Assembly: GCF_009914755.1 (NCBI RefSeq)
Contig: NC_060925.1
Source: the human T2T-CHM13v2.0 reference genome, Homo sapiens
Strand: one strand, 5' to 3'
Length of the DNA stretch: 64,000 nt
The notes beneath the pieces are model-generated. The model was not told where the DNA came from and did not search any database. It saw only the letters and a program-made list of their open reading frames with translations. The position numbers and the translations under genes are program-made. Shown here in pieces: positions 53,071 through 64,000 of the stretch (position 1 is its first letter; every line of letters starts with the position of its first letter).

Positions 53071-56000
53071 TGACTATGATTTTAATGTGATCCAGCCCAT
53101 GTAAAGCCATTTTAGTTCAATCTCGGAGTTCACAGCCTGCCCTTGGTAATGAGCCTCAGATTTGTGGTGGTGAGCTTCCCATTGTTGGAGGCATCCAGGT
53201 GGATCCTGGATGGCCACCTGTTGAGATGCTAGATGGAGGCTTCCAGATAGAGTGGGAGGTTCCATGAGGATGACTTCAAACATTCCTTCTGGCTCTGTGA
53301 TTTATGGTGAGGGGAGAATAGGCAACCACCTCTCTCCCACACCACGCTTGGCTGGGTGCTCCTGGGAGCACCTGCGGTGTTTGAGGGCCCCAGGGAAGAG
53401 CCTCTGGGAGTCTGGAGGCTGGAACTCCCTCCTAAGCCATCTGGCCACCACTCAGAGCCCAGGGATTGTGTATCAAGAGATTGCAGTGATTAGAGACATT
53501 AACCCGCAGAGGCAGTGGGAAGGCCCAGCCTGTCTCAATCTGGTAATTGCTCCACTTGCAGGGGTGGGGGAAGGGAGGCAAAGACTGCCAGGCTCCCGGT
53601 GGAAGGAGAAAAAGGCTGCTGACTGACCCTCCCCTGGTTCTCGCACCAACCCCTGAGGTGGGACTCCTGACCCCATCTCACACTGGGAGGTGCAGGGCAG
53701 CTCTGCCATTTGCCAAGCGCTGGTTACAAAGGTGAGGGATTAGAAACCACGCCCCCACGAAGTCGAAGTTGTAGTCGCACCTCCCTACAGAGAGAGCCAA
53801 GAGAGCCTGCAGGCTGCCCAGCTGCCGGATGCCCCTCCCCCAGTTTGGGGTGACTCCCCATTGCCCTCCGCAACCATCCCAGCTCCTTCCCTGCCCTGCG
53901 TCCCCTGGGGCTGGGCCGCTCTCCTCCTCGTCCACTCTTCTCCTGGAAGTACCTTTGCACTGGATGTTCCTCCCGCCTGGAACTCTCCATCCACCATCCC
54001 TTCCCCAACCCTGGCCCAATGTCCCCAACCCTGGGTCAGCTTAGACATCACTGCCTCTGGGAAGCCTTCCCTGACTGCAGCCATCTCACCCACTTCCCCA
54101 GGGCACCCTGTGCTTCCCAGTTTGTTACGGAGCACCCTGCTAGTGGGCTCAACCCGAATCCCCAGGGCCTGACCCAGCGCCTGGCACAGGACGGGCTGGC
54201 ACGGAGTGCCGGGAGCCCAGTCCCCGCCTTCTTCTCCTTTCCTGTCCTGTGGATGCTGCTCAGCTCTGAAGTCTCCACTCAGGCACCACCGCCCTCTGAA
54301 GGCTGCCCTGGCCCTAGGCAAGGCGAGGAAGCTCCCGTAAGCATCCCTCACTCACTGCGAGCCCTTGGGCATGTGACTGGGCCTGGGTGTGCCTCAGTTT
54401 CCACTGAGGATGAGTGGGGATGATGCCGGTTTGCTGTGAGGCCAAATCTTGGGTTGGAGTGGTACATGGCATGTGATAAGTACGCACTGCATTTCAATTG
54501 TTATAATTTCCTCTGTCTTCACTGTCTGTCTGTGACCACCTGTCCCAGCAGACTGGAACTCCTCCAAGGCAAGGCTAAGTCTAGTTTGGCTCTAGGTCCT
54601 TAAAACCCAAGGTCTGGCACAGGCCTGGGTGCAGGGTTGCTGATGTGTGTGATGCTGAACCAGGGTGACATTCTAGATCAGACGTGAAAAGGACGACTTG
54701 TGTGCCCAGGTGACTGAGCAGCCATTGAAGGTTTCCTGAGAACAGATCACCAGTACCAGCCTTGGTCCCCGGATGGGCTTAGGGGAATGCCCACGGTGTT
54801 GTGTGTCTGTGTGACATCGAGACAGTTGGCACCAGAAATCTGGGAAGAGATGGGGGCTTGGTGAAGGGACAAGGAGCTGAATGTCCTGGGCAGTAGAGAG
54901 GGTGTCTAGAGATCAGCTTCAGGACTCTGCTTTCGGCCCTCTCCTTTCTGGTCATTTTAATCAATGGCTTGGCCAAGGCCCCCGACAGCATGTGGAGCAG
55001 ATTTGTAGAGGACAGGAAGCTGGGAGGAATAGCTAATGTGCTGGATGAGGGAGTTGGGAATCCAAGCAGACCCCAGCAGTCAATTCTGACACAATGAGCC
55101 TGAACACAGACATGTGTTGGGCCGCACTTGGCTTCCACAGCTTGGAGTGCACAAACACCGGGGTGGGAGGGGGAGGCTGAGCCGTGGCTGCACACGTGGG
55201 GAGGGGACTTTGGGCTTTGTTTGCTGCCAGCTGGTGAGTCACCTGGGACGCGGGGCTGCCAAAGGGCTGGTGGGCCCCCCGCCTGTGGCTTCAGAAGCCC
55301 GGGGGCTGGTGGAGGCTGCTGCAGACCTGCTTTGACTCATTGAGAAAGGGACGGGGCGGGGTGTGTGTGTCCTGTAGAGGGCAGCTGGGTAGGCAGCAGG
55401 TGATAGAGGCACGTGCCTGGTTGCGGGGAGCAGCTGGGGGGCTGGGGGACAGGTGCTGTGTGGTCCGGAGGGGAGCAGACCTGGGAATGCTGGGGATGAT
55501 GGGAAAAGCCCTAGGGCTCTCAGCTCAGCACCAGGAATAACTTTCTGGCAGAGCTGTCCTGCTCTGGCAGGAACTACCTTGAGAAGTGGTGACCTCCCAG
55601 TCACTGGAGGTGTGCAAGCAACTTGCTAAAGTCACACAATAAGTGGGTTCAAGCCCTAGTCTGCTGGCATGACAGCATCCAGTCACAACCTCCTGGCAGT
55701 GGGAGGACCTGAGGGACAGTGAGGAGCCCCAAGCCCTGCAGCCAAGTCCTTGGGCTCTGGCCTCGGCTGACCTAGCCACAGAGGCTCTCCCCAGCTGGCC
55801 CTGGGATGCAGCTGCAGGAAGTCTACCAGACAGGCCGCAGGAAGGAGGCTTCGGGGGTCTGCGGGCAAGAGGGGTCCCTTCAGTCCATCTGAGCATCATG
55901 GCTTACTCTTCTTTTCCCCTGAGCAGAAGGCAGGCCCAACAGCTGACAGCCAGTGCCATGCCCATTAGCGCCAGCTCCAAGTCATGCTTCCCAGACGGCT

Positions 56001-57673
56001 CTGCCAAAGCCCCACACTCAAGCCGACTCCTCCTGAGGCCTAAGGCAGCATGCCCAGACTCCCACTCAGCTAAAGTCTGGGCCATCTCGTCTCAGCACAC
56101 CCTCCCAAGGGCAGAAATTCCTCCACCACCTCTGCTTGCATATCTCAGAGGACAGAGCACTCACTACCTTCTGAGTCAGCCCCTCCACTATGAGCTCGTG
56201 ATGCTTATTAGGAAGTCCTTCCTGGTGTCACAATGAAATCCGCCTCCGGGGAAGAGCATTGGGCCACACTGGGCCCAGCCAGCCCTCTGGAGCCACATGG
56301 ACCAAACCTCTTGGCCTCCACCTTGATTTCCATGGAGGGAAGGTGGGAGAGAGTGTGGGGCTCAGAGTGTGGGCGGTGGGTGCTGCTACCCTGGCATGCC
56401 CTGCTGCCCTCTGAAGGTCCCTCCTTCCCAGGCCTGGGTGCCAAGAGGGCGCTCCACTGGGACCTGTGAGAATGACAAGCTTGAACTGGATCAAAAGCAA
56501 AAGCTGGAGGAGCCACAGCTGCAGCCCTCAGAGCTCACTGTCAGACTGCCGGCCATTCTCAACCATTCTCCACCAAGAAGGCTGCATTCCCTAAGGCAGT
56601 CAGGGCCAGGTCCAGTTTCCAACTCCACGTGAACTGAATCCCCCACCCCTTCCTTGCCCATGTGGCAAAGATCATGAGGAGTCAGGGGAACTCAGGTCTC
56701 CTGCCTCCCCTCCCTGCACCAGCAGGGCCCCTGGAGTCTGCCCCGCACAGGGCTCAGGCGGGGCCATCCTGTGGGCCTCTCTCCAGTGCAGCGGTTCTCC
56801 ACAGAGAAGGGCGGCAGCACAGTTTTCAAAACCTCACCCACCTTCCCAGGCTCTGAGATATGTGCCCACCCTGCCCGATGTTGAACATTTGCACTGGGTG
56901 CTGTGGGGCTCAGAAGGGAATGAGGTGGGTCTGTGTTCTTCCTGGTGCTCTGGCCAGCGGGTGGGGAGACCAGCAGCAGAGCAACACCAACCCGGGGGTG
57001 GGGGTAGCTGTGACTGAGCGCCAGAGCAGGGCCAGCCCTCCGGGCATCGGGCTGGGCCTCCCAGAGGAGGGCACAGCTGGATGGAGCCTCGAAGGCCAAG
57101 TAGGAATTCTCTAACTGGAAGGGAGCGAGAGCATGGAAGTCTGTGGTGCAGGATAAAGCCTGGGAGTTTTTCGGAGTCACCAGGCTGGAGGTCTGACCCC
57201 ACCCGCAGCCCACAGCGGGCCACGTTTCCCCTCTTGATGAGTAAGGCAAATCATCTGACTGGGCAGGAGGGCCAAAGGCAGGTCCCAGGGCTCACACCAG
57301 AAGGTTCAGTGGAGCTCGCCAAACTGTGGCTACCCCCTGACTCGGAGGGCAGCATCCGAAGCACAGGCTGTACCGGTTTGGCCCTCTGGCCACCCGCTCC
57401 TCTGCCTCCTCCTGCTCATGGTCTGTCCTGGGGAGTCTGGGCAGCCCCCTGCACACTGGCTCCCAAACCAGACTTTGACGGCTGCTTGGCCCAGGCCCAT
57501 TTCCAATAAGTTAGAATGTGGGTGTTTGGGAATTTTCTGCCAAACTAGAGTTCCTCAGGAAGGGGAGAAGGGATTGTTGAGTTTCTCTGGCCAAACATGA
57601 TTTCCTGATTCTAAGAAAAATCAGTTTAAAGTCCTTACAAGAAATAGGAAGGAAAACAATACATACACAATAC

Positions 57674-57674
<1 letters not shown>

Positions 57675-57702
<28 letters not shown>
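57675..57702 (+). repeat. (CA)n microsatellite
   Basis: ~14 perfect AC units. Confidence 0.95.
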
Positions 57703-57704
<2 letters not shown>

Positions 57705-60280
57705 CACAGCTTCACAGAGCAAACCCACACCCACGCTTGGCTGTCTTTGCTATGTTGTGGAGCTCACAGAACACTCTACCATGCGCAGCCCTAGTGAATC
57801 ACAAACACATGGATTCAGTTTCCCCTGAAGGACGCCTGGTTTAAGAAACTGAAGAATGAGGGGAGAGAAGGGTTTGGCAAAAAGCAAGTGGAGAATTGGA
57901 GGCTCTAGCTGGATCCAGATGCTGGTCTGACTTACCCCTAATTCCTTGTGTCAAGCTTGTCTGGGGATGTGTGAAAACAAGGCTCAGTTGACCTCCCAAG
58001 GTGAGGTGCAAAGTCTAGCCTCAGTGGAATGGGGCCATAATGGGCCACACACACAAACACACATGGGCACACAAACACACACACAGAGCACCTGCCGGGA
58101 CCTGCTTTGTAAATTAGCAGACAGCATTGTGCCTATTTTATGGCTGAGGCTAAGAGGGTGAACTTGAGGTGAGACCACAGTCCCGAGGCAGGGCAGCTCC
58201 CTCAAGAGTCTAGCAGCCTCCCAAGTGCCTTGTGACAGGCAAAAGACTTTGCAAACTCTGTGCCTCCCGAGTGGGTGAGTAAAACAGGATCACCAAGGTG
58301 AAGGTGCAGCGTGGAAATTCTTATGACATCACATTGGGGGAAAACCAAAGCAAGCAGGCTACAGATTTATTCTTGTGGAAGATACTTTTTGGGTTATACT
58401 GTAAGTTGAAAGCAAAAAGGATTGGGGTAGTGACAAGTGGCCTGCTGGGGGGAGAATGGGAAAGTAAGGCTCCCAGGCCCTGAAGGCTTGACTTTTCTAA
58501 ATAAAGATATAATTGGCATGGCGTTAGTGAACTGTGGCAGCACACGGAAGACGGCTGAGGAGGGCAAAACCATGGGAGGGGGGCCCCAATGCAGGTCCCG
58601 TCCAGATGATTCGTTCCTATACTAATGTAATGTGAGGCAGAATTTTCTAATTTTTGTCCAAGGCGTCTCTGTTCCTGGGTGGACAGAGCAAGTTCCCCTG
58701 CAGGCAATTTTATTTTGCAAAGAATCTTTTGAGCAGCAAATGTCGGATGAGAAGGCAGCACTGTCAGGGGAAGGGAGGAGCTGTTGTGGCTTGATGAATG
58801 CCTCCTCCTTGAGAACTTGAGATCTGCAGAGTTATGGAAAACTGTGCCCATTTGCACCAGAGGATCAGGGCCTTCTGAGAGGAAAAAGACTAAGACCTGA
58901 GCCCCAGTTCCCTGTGATTTGAAGTTAGCACCAGGGTACGCTAGAGTCCCCCAGCCGAGATGGCCTGGCATTCAAGGCCTCCAAAATGAACCCAGTAGGA
59001 GGGAAAAGGGAATTGGGGCTCAACTCCCGGGGAGCTGATCTCAGGACATGACTGAGGCTGCTTTAGGAACAATTATTGAGCACTTCGGGGGGACCTAGGG
59101 GTCTGGAGGCATCCCTGTGGCCTGAGCAGCGTTGTGCACCTGCAAGGGGCAGTGTGCAGACTTCCACCAGAGCGTGCGGGACCTGCGTTCCACAGGGCCA
59201 CCCCGTGGAGGGAACCAGAGCAGCAGGGCTGGTGGCAGGACCCCATGTTCCAGCTCTGTTTACACCAGAAGCTTCCACTGAATGAAATAAGCTGACTGTG
59301 GCCACGGGGTGGAGGCCTCCAGAGGGACACACTGGGCTTCCTGCTAGTACAGGGGAGTAGGACCATATTCAGTGTATTCAGTTTCAAGTCAGTAAAGCAA
59401 AAACAAAGTGTAATTAATTTTGCCTTTGAAAATCTCTTAAGTTGCCCATAGAGTCCAGGAGGTATAGTTTTGTGTAAGTTCATTCAAGACAGTTTCCCTT
59501 CCAGCCTTGGAGTGGGTTGCTGTTTCTTTAAGCAAACACCAGATGAGAGCATCAGCATACACTCAGAGGCCGTGATCTAAAACACCCGCCCCTCTGCAGG
59601 CCCTAGAAACTCTCTGGCTTCAGGGAGGTGCTCACTGTTCAGGAGGTGCCTGGGCACAGCGGCTGGTGGAGGCAATTCAGGCCCTCCTCTCTCGTGGCCC
59701 TCACCTGGGGAAGAGCCCTTGGAAGGAGGAGTCTCCTGTCTCATTTAAATGATTTTCTCCCTTTTTCAGAGCACATGTAATTGAATTCACTTAAGTTAAA
59801 TGCACATATGATGGGACTCCACTATAAGGCGGGGGTGGTGGGAGGGCTGAAATAAACTGAAAACCGCAAACCTGGAGTTACGCCGGGTTATACAGTTAAA
59901 TAACTAAATGTACCCACCAGCAAGCAGATTTCACCAGTGGGTTCCCTGCATGGTAAGCCCACAGAGAGGCTCTGGCCAGAGCCTGCATATGACTGTCCTT
60001 GCTGGCAAGTGTCTTGATCTCTGGGAATGAATAAATCAGTATGTGGCATATTTGATTGCCCCTTGCTAGCATCGGGGGACAGGCCCAACCAGCTCTGGGG
60101 CCCAGACAGTTGGGCTTCTGATCCCATCAGCCAAGGACCTCACCTCACATCTGGTGAATTCACCAGTAAGAATAAGAACAAACCTTGTAGAGAAGAAATC
60201 ACAGTGGCAGAATTAGCAATGTGGAGTGAGAGGATGGTTTCTTCTCTGTTATCCAAAATGTTTGTAATTTGCTTATCTAA

Positions 60281-60589
<309 letters not shown>

Positions 60590-61029
60590 TGAGACTTTCC
60601 CTGAACTCTGCTGCCGCTGCCCTCTGCTGCTTCTTATTCATTGAAAATGTATTGATCAGGCACAGGCAGTAGCAGGCCCTGTATGGGGCAGTGAGAAATC
60701 AGATGAAAGGGGGAGAGTTATATTCTTCAGAATTATTTTTACAGTAAGGGAGCAGTCCTTATACAGAAGAAAGTTCTTGATGAACTACTTGGACAGAAGC
60801 TGAGCAGTGGCTCCACTCAACCCAAGCCGGCTCCAGGGAGAGAGGTGAGCAGAAGTGACTTCTGAAAGACATCCAGCTGCTCTGGGGACAGAGGAAGAGA
60901 GAAGGAAGGTTCCAGGAGAGAGAAGGAGGTGGACAGGCCCTCAGGCCACCCCGATGACCCAAGCCCTGGTATATCCTCCTCCCGCAGTGTGGCAGTGCCT
61001 GTGACTTCTATGAGAACACAACAAGGTGG

Positions 61030-61910
<881 letters not shown>

Positions 61911-62289
61911 GAATAGGAATTCATGACAGATAAGGAAGCTCTGACTGTCACGGCGCAAGGAATGGCTCTGGGTGCCAGGTGAGTGCATCATGGAGAAGTG
62001 GGCAGGACCTGGCCAGGGCCCCTGCGGAGGCCCTGTGGATGTGCAGGTGTGCACGACTCAGGTGAAGCAGGGCATGCTGCATGGTCTGTACCAGTGTTGA
62101 GGGAGCACCCGGGTGTGCCTCAGTCAAGGGTGGCTTTCCAGGGCAGGGGACAGGTGAGCTGCAGGTGCTAATTAGAACCATGAAGATGGAAGAGGCCATC
62201 CAAGGGGCTTCCTGCTGAGAGCAGTGACAGAGGTGGCCACGGGCTGGGGGAGCATTCATGACACATCTGAGGAGCCTGGTGATGCTTTA

Positions 62290-62682
<393 letters not shown>

Positions 62683-64000
62683 TTACTTACTTTTCGTAAT
62701 AACCTCGTGAAGGAGGTATTCTTCCCACTTTATAGATAAGGACACTGAGGCTCAGATGCTAAAAGGCTTGTTTACATTTGCACATCTAGAGGGTGACTCC
62801 AAAGCCCTGTTCCTGCCCTGTAGCCTTTGCAGATTTCAACCACCCCCGCCCATGCTTCCTGCTCCCCCGCCACATTGTGACAGATGAAGCCACCACTGGT
62901 CAAGCGTGGGCTGCACTCAGCTGGACTGAAGCACACATGTCTGAGGAGGGACTTGGGCCAGGGGCTGGGTTGGAGAAATTCTAGAAAAAAAAGAGCCCAC
63001 ATCTGGAAGATGCCAGATTATGGGAAGAGTGACTGAACTCAGCTCCAACCCCGCTGGCCCCACTGCCCTCCCACTGGGCCTCCTTTCTCCAGAGCAAGGT
63101 GTGCCTGTGACCCCTCCATGGCAGCCCAGGGGCCTTTCAGCCCTCACGTCCACCCTTGCAGTCACCCACACTTCTTTACACCTCACCACCTCCCTTTGCT
63201 TGTTGTTTAGATCTCCAACTTCTGAACGAATCTGTCACGCTGAGTACCAGGCAGAGGTCAGTGTGAAAGACAAGGGGGTCAATGACCTGATCCCCTCCTG
63301 GGATCTCAGAAAAAAACAAAGATGCACACGACCCTGCCCACGGAGGGGGCCATGCCGCTGGCCCGACCCCTTGACAGTGGCTTTCTTGTTCAGTGAGATG
63401 AGTGGCTCTTCCGAATAGGGATACTAGTTGGTTTGCTCACATAGATGTCACTACTGGACTAAAAGATGCCTGTCCCCCATTGTGTGGCATGCCAGCTGCG
63501 ACCGTGAGGTCACTGAGCTAACGACACTCAGCTCATGCAGGTCACACACAGCGTCAGCATTGGAGACAGATCATCATCCATTTTACCAACAAATGGGGAG
63601 GTGGAAGGACTTCCCACACAGAACCTTGAGCTAGGTCTTGAATACAGAGTGAGACTTTAAATTAAAAGAATTAAAAGAGGGCGTGCATGGCAGGGGCTGG
63701 GCAGGAGCAGGAGTGTGGAGATAGACCCTTGTGGCATGCTGTGGGACTAGTGGGTGACCAGCCTGGTTCCAGGGCTTGGCATGGGGAAAGGGTGGCTGTT
63801 TGTCCTGGAGAGGAGGTGGGAACAGATGTCATGGGAGCCAGGCTTCGAGGCCCAGACCTGCAGATGGTTGGAACTGGAAGCTGGTGAGCCCAAAGGTAAC
63901 CCCCTGCCCCCATCCCCCCACTCCCCCGCTACTGCCCTGTAGCCAGGACACACTGCAGAAAACCCTTGCCTTCCTGGGTCACAGCTTGGAGCCCCTGGGG

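Overview
Human-type (Alu-rich) genomic DNA. I recognise it from the translated exons as the PODN-SLC1A7 locus (chr1p32, from recall). On the + strand is the complete coding region of PODN (podocan, a class V SLRP): 9 coding exons that splice in frame to 613 aa, plus a 3'UTR-only last exon. On the - strand, convergent and ending about 1.7 kb away, are exons 3-11 of SLC1A7 (EAAT5, retinal glutamate transporter); exons 1-2 are not found in the window. A disabled HIGD1A processed pseudogene lies in PODN intron 3. It carries an Alu, a poly(A)-derived microsatellite and a two-part templated insertion copied from downstream PODN introns. SLC1A7 intron 5 holds a ~6.5 kb degenerate minisatellite. Its units show CpG-decay variants, and in the pre-mRNA sense it repeats GUGAGU and UG runs. 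Other notable items are an LTR-derived alternative SLC1A7 exon, candidate CRX/MEF2 retinal enhancers, and a hidden 29-bp tandem array between the two 3' ends. I see no new protein-coding system: most listed ORFs are GC-rich or repeat artefacts. Repeat subfamily calls are by eye, and exon numbers follow the recalled gene models.
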